A stretch of DNA of 64,000 nucleotides from Syntrophobacterales bacterium (GTDB lineage: Bacteria; Desulfobacterota; Desulfobaccia; Desulfobaccales; 0-14-0-80-60-11), in NCBI GenBank assembly GCA_023229795.1, contig JALNYP010000011.1, positions 6,515 through 70,514 of the forward strand, read 5' to 3'. The notes under the pieces are model-generated. The model saw only the letters and a program-made list of their open reading frames with translations. It was not told the DNA's origin and did no database searches. This document shows positions 18,473-27,302 of the stretch, one piece after another; position 1 is the stretch's first letter, and every line of letters starts with the position of its first letter. Made by a program: the position numbers and the translations under genes.

Positions 18473-18856
18473 ATGACTCTATGGCCCCGGCTTCTGGCGG
18501 TTGCCCTCCTGTGCGTGACCAGCGCCTGTGTCTCCGCCGGCACCAAGGCCATCAACGACCCTGAGACCATCTCCCGGATCGAGGTGGGTAAGTCCACCCC
18601 GGCCGATGTGGTGGCTCTCTTGGGCTACCCCCTCACCGCCTCCTATGGCGAAAAGGGCGAGCCCACCTGGCACTATGCCTATACCACCGCGACGCCCCTG
18701 CCCACCGGTTACTTGCCCGTGGTAAAGGCCTTTACCCCCGATCTGAGCGAGACGACCCGGAGATTCGGGGTGACCTTCAATAAAGAAGGGGTGGTCAAAA
18801 GCCTGGGGCCGGAACAGCCCCCGCGGCTCCCTGAAAACCCCAGCCCCACTGGCTGA
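18473..18856 (+). CDS. small lipoprotein, SmpA/OmlA (BamE)-like
   Basis: 127-aa ORF; signal peptide with lipobox (LLCVTSAC); EVGKSTPADVVALLGYP resembles the BamE fold signature. Confidence 0.5.
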   Translation: MTLWPRLLAVALLCVTSACVSAGTKAINDPETISRIEVGKSTPADVVALLGYPLTASYGEKGEPTWHYAYTTATPLPTGYLPVVKAFTPDLSETTRRFGVTFNKEGVVKSLGPEQPPRLPENPSPTG

Positions 18857-19016
18857 TCAGGTTGCCCACTTGCATTTTTCCGAGCAAAATTAGATAAACC
18901 ATACAAAACGACTTGCTCCGTACCTGATCAATCCTGGTCGCCGGTGCTGTGCATGCCTTCCCGGAGATCCGCATTTCTTGCCATTCTCATCCTGCCTGGA
19001 AGAAGGAGGGGGTCTG

Positions 19017-19625
19017 ATGCGTCTGCTGCCGATATGCTTGGGATTTTTACTCCTGATGGGCAATGCCTCTGCGGCCCTGGCGGCGAGCGCCAAGGCCACG
19101 GCGCTGCGGCAAGCCAATGGCCTGGCCGTTTTCACCCCGCCTGAGAAATTCCTGGCCGGTAATTTTGTGGCTGACGAAATGAACCCCGGGTTCATTTTCG
19201 GGACGGTCAAAGCCTTTGCTGCCTCCCGCTCCTGTCCCGCGACCTGGCTTATCGAGACGGCTGATAAAAATCGCCCGTCCGGGCCGGGCGCCCCGGACGC
19301 GCCCGCGGAGTACACCCTCTACCTGGAGGAGGACTGCCCTGACCGAGTGGTCTACTACGTCTTCATCGACCAGAGTGACTTGACCCCCCAGCAATGGATC
19401 GACTGGCGGCAAAAGTTCCACAAGAGCAAGACCGGAGAGGAATTTGACGAGGCCAAATCCAAACTGGAACAGGCCTGCACCGCGGGTTGCGGGGTCGGCG
19501 CGGAGCTGCGGTTCATCCAGAAGAACGGGAAACTCATGACCAAATCTCCGGAAGCAGTTCTGCGGCAAGATCTCAAATTTGCCCCGATTTACGATCTGAA
19601 CCAGCGGAAGAAGATCTTGCCCTAG
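19017..19625 (+). CDS. secreted Cys-containing hypothetical protein
   Basis: ORF 18978-19625 trimmed to ATG 19017 (AAGGAGGGGG 4 nt upstream); cleavable signal (LLLMGNASAALA); no family recognised. Confidence 0.55.
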   Translation: MRLLPICLGFLLLMGNASAALAASAKATALRQANGLAVFTPPEKFLAGNFVADEMNPGFIFGTVKAFAASRSCPATWLIETADKNRPSGPGAPDAPAEYTLYLEEDCPDRVVYYVFIDQSDLTPQQWIDWRQKFHKSKTGEEFDEAKSKLEQACTAGCGVGAELRFIQKNGKLMTKSPEAVLRQDLKFAPIYDLNQRKKILP

Positions 19626-19646
19626 GCTGGCCGCATCGGAAAATTT

Positions 19647-20657
19647 ATGGCACGGCGAAAAGCCAAGGTAGGCTCGGCCCAGACGTTGACCGGTTACGGC
19701 ATTCTGGCCGTACTGGCCCTGATTACCGTCGGGCTGTTCATCCAGCAGTCCCGCTTCAACCCCGCGGTGATCGTGGCCCAGCGCGCCCCGCTGCTGCCGG
19801 GCCGGCCCCAGGCCGCTTCCCATAAGCCGTCGGCCATCGCCGCACTCCTACCCGAAGTCTCCGGCTTCACTCCCCTGGCTCCGGTCGAGAGCTACAACCC
19901 GGATAATCTTTCCGATAAGATCGACGGCAAGGCCGAGCTCTACCTGCCCGCGGGATTCAAAGAGATGTCCTGCCGCAGCTTCGGGCTTCCCGCCGCGGGC
20001 GGAGCGCATGTGGACGTCTATCTTTACGACATGGGTTCAGCCCCCAATGCCTATGCCGTGTTCAGCGGGCAGCGCCGTTCCGGCTCCCCCAATATTCCGC
20101 TGACCGCCAACGCCTATGCCACAGCCAATGCCCTGTTCTTCACCCAGGGGCGCTTTTACGTGGAGATCGTGGCCGACCGGGCCTCCGAGGCGCTGCAAAG
20201 CCAGCTTTCGGCTTACGCCGCCGCGCTCCTGGCCAAGCTCCCCGCCGAGGGCAAAGCCAGCAAAGCCACGGACGCGACCGCCCTCTTTCCCAAAGAAGGC
20301 CTGGCCCCGGATACGGTGCGCCTCAGCGCCGCCGATGCCTTTGGCCTCGAAGGTTTTAACAACGTGCTCACCGGCGAATACCGCCTGAAGAGCGGCGCCG
20401 CCACGGCCTTTATCGCCAGGCGCGGCACCCCGGAGCAGGCCCAGGCCGATGCCAAGCGTTACCTGGATTTCCTGGCCGACAACGGTTACAAAAAAAACCA
20501 AGCGCCGGGGGACCTCTCGGTGCTCAACCTGGAAGACTCTTTTGAAATCGTTTTTGTCGAGGGTCAAATTCTGGCCGGAGTGCACGACGCCTCGTCGCTG
20601 GCCGCGGCGCAGGAACTGGCCGCCAATCTAAAAACCTCGCTCAAGGGAAAGCCGTGA
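19647..20657 (+). CDS. membrane-anchored extracytoplasmic protein (possibly DUF6599-like)
   Basis: 336-aa ORF; basic N-terminus plus one TM helix. NPDNLSDKIDGKAELYLPAGF...YLYDMGSAPNAYAVFS resembles DUF6599 from memory (low certainty). Confidence 0.6.
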   Translation: MARRKAKVGSAQTLTGYGILAVLALITVGLFIQQSRFNPAVIVAQRAPLLPGRPQAASHKPSAIAALLPEVSGFTPLAPVESYNPDNLSDKIDGKAELYLPAGFKEMSCRSFGLPAAGGAHVDVYLYDMGSAPNAYAVFSGQRRSGSPNIPLTANAYATANALFFTQGRFYVEIVADRASEALQSQLSAYAAALLAKLPAEGKASKATDATALFPKEGLAPDTVRLSAADAFGLEGFNNVLTGEYRLKSGAATAFIARRGTPEQAQADAKRYLDFLADNGYKKNQAPGDLSVLNLEDSFEIVFVEGQILAGVHDASSLAAAQELAANLKTSLKGKP

Positions 20658-21676
20658 AAAAAAACACGGATGAAAAAAACCAAAACACCAACGACTTGAA
20701 CCGCCGGGATTTCCTCAAGCGCGTGGGGTACGCCTCGGCCGTGGCCCTGGCCGCGGGCGGCCTGGGCCTGACCCTCTATGACCCCAAAGGCCCTGCCCCG
20801 GGCGAAAGCCAGAAGGCCTTGACCGGGTTGGGGGATTTTGCGGTGCGTCCCGCGGCTGCGGGGCAGCCGACCATGGCCATCGTGCACGGCTCGGACCGGA
20901 AGGTGATGGTCGAGCGAGGCATTAAAGCCCTGGGCGGGATGGAGACCTTTATCCAGAAGGGCGACCGGGTGCTTATCAAGGTCAACGCCGCGTTCGCCAC
21001 CCCCGCCTCCCTGGGGGCCACCACCCACCCGGACACCCTCGCCGCCGTGGCGGGCCTCTGCTTCAAGTCCGGCGCGGCCCAGGTAGCGGTGACGGACAAC
21101 CCCATCAACAATCCCGACAGCTGCTTCGAGATCACCGGGCTGGCCGGGGCGGCCCGGGCCCGGGGGGCCCGGATCATTGCGCCCCGGGCCGACCTGTTCG
21201 CTCCCCTCAGCCTTCTTGGCGGCAAGCTCCTTCAGAACTGGCCGGTCCTGGCCGGGGTCTTCGCCGGCGTCACCAAGGTCATCGTCGTGAGCCCGGTCAA
21301 GGACCACCAGCGGGCCGGGGCCTCCATGACCCTGAAGAATTTTTACGGCTTCCTGGGAGGGCGGCGTAACGTCTTCCACCAGGACATCAACGGCATCATC
21401 ACCGAGCTCTCCCAGATGCTCAAGCCCACCCTGTGCGTTCTGGACGGCACGGTGAGCATGATGACCAACGGCCCCACCGGTGGGTCGCTTTCCGATCTGA
21501 AGGACACCGGCACCCTGGTGGTCTCCATCGACCCCGTGGCCGCGGACGCGGTGGGGGTGGAGCTGTTGGGGCGCACTTTGGACGACGTGCCCTATATCAC
21601 CATGGCCTCCAAAGCCGGCGCGGGCCAGGCCGACTACCACCGGCTCAACCCGGTGACCATCGACACCAAAGCTTAA
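20654..21676 (+). CDS. Tat-signal DUF362-domain protein
   Basis: 340-aa ORF; GTG start overlaps upstream stop (GTGA); twin-arginine signal NRRDFLKRVGYASAVALAAGG; body fits DUF362 (VLIKVNAAF..., SPVKDH). Confidence 0.8.
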   Translation: MKKNTDEKNQNTNDLNRRDFLKRVGYASAVALAAGGLGLTLYDPKGPAPGESQKALTGLGDFAVRPAAAGQPTMAIVHGSDRKVMVERGIKALGGMETFIQKGDRVLIKVNAAFATPASLGATTHPDTLAAVAGLCFKSGAAQVAVTDNPINNPDSCFEITGLAGAARARGARIIAPRADLFAPLSLLGGKLLQNWPVLAGVFAGVTKVIVVSPVKDHQRAGASMTLKNFYGFLGGRRNVFHQDINGIITELSQMLKPTLCVLDGTVSMMTNGPTGGSLSDLKDTGTLVVSIDPVAADAVGVELLGRTLDDVPYITMASKAGAGQADYHRLNPVTIDTKA

Positions 21677-21692
21677 GTTACGGTCATATCTC

Positions 21693-23426
21693 ATGCGTAT
21701 CGTCACCGTCCGCCGTATCAGCCAAGCCTTCTTCCTGGTGGTATTCTTGTGGTTCTGCGTCACTGCCACCCTGGGCGCGGCCTGGTATCAATTGCGCGGC
21801 TGGCCTATCAACTGGATCCTGGACCTGGACCCCCTTACCGCCCTGGCTACGGTCCTGGCCACCGGCACGCTCTATGCGACCCTCGCCTGGGCCCTGGTGG
21901 CCATTGCCCTGACCCTGTTCGTGGGCCGGTTCTTCTGCGGCTTTGCCTGCCCCTTGGGCACGCTCAACCAGGTCACCGGCTGGCTGGGGCGCCGGGGTCT
22001 GCACGCGCATGCCCGGGTGGAGGCCAATCGCCACCGCCGGCCTCAGGCGGTGAAATACTACCTCCTGGTCGCTTTGCTGGCCCTGGCCCTTATGGGCTCG
22101 GTGCAGACCGGGATCTTTGACCCGCTGCCCCTGCTGCACCGCAGCGTCAACCTGGCCCTGGTGCCCCTGGCCGACAACCGCCTGGGGGTGCTCAGCGATG
22201 AGCCGCGTCACTACGCCTCGGCCTGGCTGTTAGGGATCGTGTTCCTTTCCGTGGTGGGTTTGAACCTAGTCCTGCCCCGGTTTTTCTGCCGCTTCGCCTG
22301 CCCCCTGGGGGCGCTGTTCGGCCTGTTGAGCCGCTTCACCCCCTGGCGCATTGGCAAGACCTCGGATCGCTGCGGCGATTGCCGCATCTGTGAGGAATAC
22401 TGCGAAGGCGCCTGCCGCCCGGCGGGCACCATCATCGTCGGCGAGTGCGTCATGTGCATGAACTGCCTGGACCGCTGCCCCGCCAGCCGGGTCAGCTTCG
22501 CCCCCAGGGCCTCCGCGGCCGGTGAGGCCGGGTTGCCGGACCTGTCCCGGCGCGGCCTGATCGTGGCCGGAGGCGGGCTGCTCCTGGCCTCCATGTGGGG
22601 GGTCGGCGGGCTGGCCGGGGTAAACCGCGACGCCGGCCTCATCCGTCCCCCCGGGGCCCTGGACGAGGACCGCTTTCTGGCCCGCTGCATCCGCTGCGGC
22701 CAGTGCATGCGCATCTGCCCCGGCAACATCATCCAGCCCGCCTTGCTGGAGGCCGGGGTGCAGGGCCTGTGGACCCCGGCGGTCAACTACCGCATCGGCC
22801 GCAGCGGCTGCCTGCCCAATTGCGTGGCCTGCGGCCAGGTCTGCCCCACCGCGGCCATCCGCCCCTTGAGCCTAGACGAAAAGCAAGGCGCCGGCGACTT
22901 CGCCGTTCAGGGGCCTATCCGCATGGGCACGGCCTTCGTGGACCGCACCCGCTGCCTGCCCTGGGCCATGGACCGGCCCTGTCTGGTCTGTCATGAATTG
23001 TGCCCCGTGAGCCCCAAGGCCATCTTCGTCCGCACCGTATTCGAGACCATCCGGGACGGCCAGGGTGTCCCGGCCAGGGTTCAAGGCGCGGGAGTGGTCC
23101 TGGACGCCCCCATCCCCACCGCGGTGAATCTGGCCAGCGGCGACTATTACCTGCGGGTCACCGGCCAGCCCGAAGCCGCGCTCCGGCGCATCACCGGCTG
23201 TGCCGGACCCAATCTGACCCTGGAAAGCCCCCTGGCCACCGGGGGCGTTCCGGCAGCCGCGGCCCCGGTAGATATCGTAGTGCGCTTGTCGCGTCCGTTT
23301 GTGGACGCGGCCCGGTGCATCGGCTGCGGCATGTGCGAGCATGAGTGCCCGGTCTCGGGGTTGCGCGCCATCCGGGTCTATGCTGAGAATGAATCCCGGT
23401 CCCGCCCGGGGCGTATGCTCATTTAG
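21693..23426 (+). CDS. membrane polyferredoxin, NapH-like N-terminus fused to NapG/MauM-like ferredoxin domain
   Basis: 577-aa ORF; multi-TM part with FFCGFACPLG and FFCRFACPLG, internal SRRGLIVAGGGLL segment, then several CxxCxxCxxxCP motifs (CIRCGQCMRICP, CIGCGMCEHECP etc.). Confidence 0.85.
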   Translation: MRIVTVRRISQAFFLVVFLWFCVTATLGAAWYQLRGWPINWILDLDPLTALATVLATGTLYATLAWALVAIALTLFVGRFFCGFACPLGTLNQVTGWLGRRGLHAHARVEANRHRRPQAVKYYLLVALLALALMGSVQTGIFDPLPLLHRSVNLALVPLADNRLGVLSDEPRHYASAWLLGIVFLSVVGLNLVLPRFFCRFACPLGALFGLLSRFTPWRIGKTSDRCGDCRICEEYCEGACRPAGTIIVGECVMCMNCLDRCPASRVSFAPRASAAGEAGLPDLSRRGLIVAGGGLLLASMWGVGGLAGVNRDAGLIRPPGALDEDRFLARCIRCGQCMRICPGNIIQPALLEAGVQGLWTPAVNYRIGRSGCLPNCVACGQVCPTAAIRPLSLDEKQGAGDFAVQGPIRMGTAFVDRTRCLPWAMDRPCLVCHELCPVSPKAIFVRTVFETIRDGQGVPARVQGAGVVLDAPIPTAVNLASGDYYLRVTGQPEAALRRITGCAGPNLTLESPLATGGVPAAAAPVDIVVRLSRPFVDAARCIGCGMCEHECPVSGLRAIRVYAENESRSRPGRMLI

Positions 23427-23532
23427 GGCGGTGCGCCGGGGCTCCGAAGGCCGCGCTTGACAGTGCGAAGCTCAGGAGAGCAGGTTATTCGAAATGACGC
23501 TTCTAAAAATCGGTACCCAAGAAGGATATGAA

Positions 23533-24465
23533 ATGCCCAGCCTGCGCAGCCGCCTTCTCAGTTTCGTGATGAAACACCGTCATTTATTGCGGCTACAATT
23601 AAAAGCGACCACCATTGACTGGGATACCTCGATACCGGATTTACGCCAACAGGTCGAAAAATCTGCTGGCATGTTCGGCAAGCTGCCGGCCCAGATCGAA
23701 GCATCGCCTATTAGCATCGATGGCCTCTCGGCCGAATGGATCATGCCTATCGCCGCGACGAAAGACAAGTTGATCCTTTATTTTCATGGGGGCGGGTATG
23801 TGTTGGGTTCCTGCCCGGCTCACCGCTCGATTGTCGCCAAGTTCGTTAAGGGTAGTGAAGTAGGCGCATTACTATTCGGTTATCGTTTGGCCCCCGAACA
23901 TCCTTTTCCCGCGGCGCTCGAAGATGCGGTGGCAGCCTATCGCTGGCTGTTGGCTGAAGGTGTTTCACCTGCTCATATCGTCTTTGTTGGGGATTCTGCG
24001 GGCGGAGGTTTAGGTTTGGCCACCTTAATTGCCCTCCGGGATCAAGGCATTCCCCTTCCCGCCGCCGGGGTGGCTCTTTCTCCCTGGACCGATCTCAAGT
24101 GTTCCGGGGAATCCTACCGAACTAAAGTTAAGGTAGATCCGGCCACCTGGAAGGGGTCATGGACGGTTTTCAGCAAATATTACGTAAAGGATAACGATCC
24201 TGGCTTGCCATGGATATCCCCTCTCTATGGGGACCTGCGCGGGCTTCCGCCTCTGCTCATCCATGTCGGCACCAATGAAGTTCTGCTCGATGACTCGATT
24301 CGATTTGCCGAAAAAGCAAAAGATGCAGGGGTAGATGTCACCTTGAAGGTTGGCGAGGGAATGTTTCATTGTTTTCCTGTGTGTACTCCCCTCTTTCCGG
24401 AAGCCAGGCAAGCAATGGATGAGATTGGGATGTTCATAAAGACCCATATCGGTACAAATAACTAG
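23533..24465 (+). CDS. alpha/beta hydrolase, HSL-type (family IV) esterase
   Basis: ORF 23494-24465 trimmed to ATG 23533 (AAGGA 6 nt upstream); HGGGY oxyanion motif and GDSAGG nucleophile elbow; lower GC than neighbours. Confidence 0.85.
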   Translation: MPSLRSRLLSFVMKHRHLLRLQLKATTIDWDTSIPDLRQQVEKSAGMFGKLPAQIEASPISIDGLSAEWIMPIAATKDKLILYFHGGGYVLGSCPAHRSIVAKFVKGSEVGALLFGYRLAPEHPFPAALEDAVAAYRWLLAEGVSPAHIVFVGDSAGGGLGLATLIALRDQGIPLPAAGVALSPWTDLKCSGESYRTKVKVDPATWKGSWTVFSKYYVKDNDPGLPWISPLYGDLRGLPPLLIHVGTNEVLLDDSIRFAEKAKDAGVDVTLKVGEGMFHCFPVCTPLFPEARQAMDEIGMFIKTHIGTNN

Positions 24466-24477
24466 GAGGTGGCTATT

Positions 24478-25710
24478 ATGAGCCGGAAGATCAAAGATAC
24501 AGACCTTACCCGCCGGGATTTCGTCAAGACCGTCGGCCTCGCCGGCCTCGCGGTAGCCGCGGCCGGGGTGCCTGCGGCCCTGGCCGCGCCGGAGCCGCCG
24601 GCCGCGGCGGCCCAGCCCGCAGCCATGCCCAGACGCAAACTGGGGAAGACCGGGGTGGATGTATCCATCCTCTGCCTGGGGGGCATGTTCGATACCATCA
24701 ACAACCAACTGCTCCTCAGGCAGGCCCTGAAATGGGGGGTCACTTACTGGGACACGGCCGAGTCCTACGGCAACGGCCTGAGCGAGGAAGGGATGGGCCG
24801 GTTCTTCTCCCGCAACCCCGAGGCCCGCAAGGAGATCTTCCTGGTCACCAAGCTCCAGACCAAGGGCGGCAAGCTCACCGAGCGCTTGAATAAGGCTTTG
24901 CAAAGGCTGCAGACCGACCATGTGGATCTCTTCTTCATCCACAGCCTTACCGATATCAATGAGATGACCCCGGCCCTCAAGGCCTGGGCCGCGGAGATGA
25001 AGAAGGCCGGCAAGATCAAGTTCTTCGGCTTCAGCACCCACACCAACATGGCGGACTGTCTCGCGGGCGCGGCCAAGCTGGACTGGATCGATGCGGTGAT
25101 GATGACCTATAACTTCCGGGTCATGAATGACCCCAAGATGCAGGCGGCCGTGGACGCCTGCGCCAAGGCCGGGGTGGGGCTGGTGGCCATGAAGACCCAG
25201 GCCGGCGGGCCGGGGACGCCCAAAGGCCCTGGCACGGCCAAAGCGGAAATGGTTGACCGCTTCCTGAAACGAGGCTTCACAGACAAACAGGCCAAGCTCA
25301 AGGCCGTGTGGGAGACCCCCCAGATCGCCAGCCTCTGTTCCCAGATGCCCAACCTGACCATCCTCTCGTCCAATGTAGCTGCGGCCCGGGACCAGGTCAA
25401 ACTGGCCGGTGAGGAGTCCGACTCCTTGGGCCGGTATGCCCTGGAGACCGAGGCCGACTACTGCGCCGGCTGCGGCAACCTTTGCCAGGCGGCCTTGGGC
25501 GGGGTCGTGCCCGTGAACGAAGTCATGCGCAGCCTGATGTACCACCGGTACTATGGCGAGCCGGAACTGGCCCGGTTGACTTTCGGCGCACTGCCCTCAG
25601 AGGTGCGGCAGCGTTTGGCCGAAGTGGACTTCTCCCCGGCTGAGCAGGCCTGCCCGCAAGGCCTGGCCATCGCCTCGCTCATGCGCCAGGCTAAGGAGTT
25701 GTTGGCTTAG
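24478..25710 (+). CDS. aldo/keto reductase with twin-arginine signal and C-terminal Cys motif
   Basis: ORF trimmed to ATG 24478 (AGGAGG 8 nt upstream); TRRDFVKTVGLAGLAVAAAGVPAALA signal; AKR core (YWDTAESYGNG, DLFFIHS); CAGCGNLC near C-terminus. Confidence 0.85.
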   Translation: MSRKIKDTDLTRRDFVKTVGLAGLAVAAAGVPAALAAPEPPAAAAQPAAMPRRKLGKTGVDVSILCLGGMFDTINNQLLLRQALKWGVTYWDTAESYGNGLSEEGMGRFFSRNPEARKEIFLVTKLQTKGGKLTERLNKALQRLQTDHVDLFFIHSLTDINEMTPALKAWAAEMKKAGKIKFFGFSTHTNMADCLAGAAKLDWIDAVMMTYNFRVMNDPKMQAAVDACAKAGVGLVAMKTQAGGPGTPKGPGTAKAEMVDRFLKRGFTDKQAKLKAVWETPQIASLCSQMPNLTILSSNVAAARDQVKLAGEESDSLGRYALETEADYCAGCGNLCQAALGGVVPVNEVMRSLMYHRYYGEPELARLTFGALPSEVRQRLAEVDFSPAEQACPQGLAIASLMRQAKELLA

Positions 25711-25739
25711 GAAAATCAAACAGGTAGGGAAAAAATGTT

Positions 25740-25771
25740 CAGAGGCCGCGCTGCCGTCCAGGCGGCCTCTG
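25740..25771. terminator. GC-rich hairpin between convergent genes (likely bidirectional terminator)
   Basis: CAGAGGCCGC - 12-nt loop - GCGGCCTCTG. On the minus strand it is followed by AACATTTTTTCCC. Confidence 0.55.
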
Positions 25772-25796
25772 AAGTTTCACGGGCAAGGGTATTGTA

Positions 25797-27014
25797 TTAC
25801 TGGTACTGTATGTAAATTGGCTTCGGGTTCAGCTTCAGCACGTCCTGCGGGGTCATCAGCGCGTCGCCCTTCTTGGTGTCATTGTGGTAGAAGAGCTTGA
25901 AGCCGGTATACTCCACCGGGTGGGCAACGATGTAATCCCGGTACGAATCCCGCTTCAGCCAGGGGGCGCCCCAGCCGTCCATGTTCATGACCACCTGCAC
26001 CTCGGGGCGGAGCGTGACCTTTTCGGCATTGGTGACCATGTTGCGTGTGAAGCGGTGCACGATGAGCACCTTGGGCGGGAGATTGTACTTTTTCACCAGT
26101 TCCTGCAGGTAGCCGGCGGCATAGTTGATATCCGCGGCGTCATAGGTGCCGATCTTTTTGCACGGTATCTTGCCGCTCTTGATCAAGTTGAACTCCGGGT
26201 CAATCCCCAGGTGCACGTCCGGATTCTTCAGGATCCATTCGAAGCGCGGCAGGATGGTGCGGAGGTCGGAATGGCCGGTCTGGATGTCAAGGAAGAGGAT
26301 GCCGTTTACCTCCTTGGCCCAGCCGTAAACCTCGTTGACCAACGCGTCCGGATGGATCATGCGGTACTTGCCGGACTTACCCGGCTCCCCCTGGGCCACC
26401 ACCGCGACCAGGTGCAGGGCGGGCTGTACCGGCAACGACGGGTCCGCCGCCTCCCATTTGGCCACCTCACCTTTCAGGCGCCGCAGCATCTCATCCTTGG
26501 GGTACTCGCCCAGCGCCCCCATCTTTTTGGAGCGCGGGTTGCCGTAGTAGGCGACGATGCGCTTCCCCGGCAGGATCGAACCCGGCAGCGTCGGCGGGGT
26601 TTTCACCGGCCAGCCGTGCTGTTTGGCAAACTCGGGGTCCTCGCCGGCGTTGTATTTGCCCGGCGGGGCAATTTTCCCGGGCGGGGCGGCCTGTTGCCAT
26701 TTGGGCAGCTTGGCGGCCTTCTTGCCCTTAGCAGTTTTTTTAGCTTTAGCTTTAGCCGGAGCCGCGGGTTGGGTTGCCTGGACCTCGGGAGCCGCGACGG
26801 GCGGGGTTGCCGGCGCCGCAGGTGCGGCTGGAGTCGCCGCCGGCGGGGTCGTTGAGGCCGCAGGCGCGGCTGGTTCCGGTTGAGTGCTCTCAGCCGCCGC
26901 CAGAGTGCCGGGTCCGGCGATGGTGAAGCCTGCCAGGATGAGCAACACAGCCAGGGCGGTCGCCAGCAGGGGGACAAATTTCCGAATAGACAATTGCAAA
27001 TGCGGGTACGTCAC
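25797..27014 (-). CDS. membrane-anchored protein with Ala/Pro-rich linker and unassigned C-terminal domain
   Basis: GTG 27014 chosen (AAGGAG 6 nt upstream) within ORF 25797-27122; TM/signal anchor, ~100-aa A/P/T/K low-complexity linker, ~280-aa globular domain. Confidence 0.6.
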   Translation of the reverse strand: MTYPHLQLSIRKFVPLLATALAVLLILAGFTIAGPGTLAAAESTQPEPAAPAASTTPPAATPAAPAAPATPPVAAPEVQATQPAAPAKAKAKKTAKGKKAAKLPKWQQAAPPGKIAPPGKYNAGEDPEFAKQHGWPVKTPPTLPGSILPGKRIVAYYGNPRSKKMGALGEYPKDEMLRRLKGEVAKWEAADPSLPVQPALHLVAVVAQGEPGKSGKYRMIHPDALVNEVYGWAKEVNGILFLDIQTGHSDLRTILPRFEWILKNPDVHLGIDPEFNLIKSGKIPCKKIGTYDAADINYAAGYLQELVKKYNLPPKVLIVHRFTRNMVTNAEKVTLRPEVQVVMNMDGWGAPWLKRDSYRDYIVAHPVEYTGFKLFYHNDTKKGDALMTPQDVLKLNPKPIYIQYQ

Positions 27015-27302
27015 GAATAACTCCTTGAATGAAATATGCGGCGCGGCCGGGGGCTCGCCAAACTCAGAACAGACGGGGTGCAGCCAAAAGTCTGCCCCCT
27101 GAAATCTGCAATGGTCCTCCACGCACTTCTACCAAAAATTTTAATCTAACTGACCTAGAAAGTATAACCATTTGCAGTATTCTATTATATCGACGCATTT
27201 TGCGCCTAAATCAACGAATATTTTCTCTAGTCGTCATGGCTTCATCTCACCCCTGATCTATTTGCTGGTGGGGGGCATGAATCCGGCCCCCCGCCCCGCG
27301 CC

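Noticed and set aside
20564-21769. 401-aa minus-strand ORF
   Set aside because: Antisense to the DUF362 gene, which has a Tat signal and start/stop coupling. Gly/Arg/His-rich nonsense composition.
24157-25545. 462-aa minus-strand ORF
   Set aside because: Antisense to the esterase and aldo/keto reductase genes, both with clear catalytic motifs. Composition typical of the GC-rich reverse frame.
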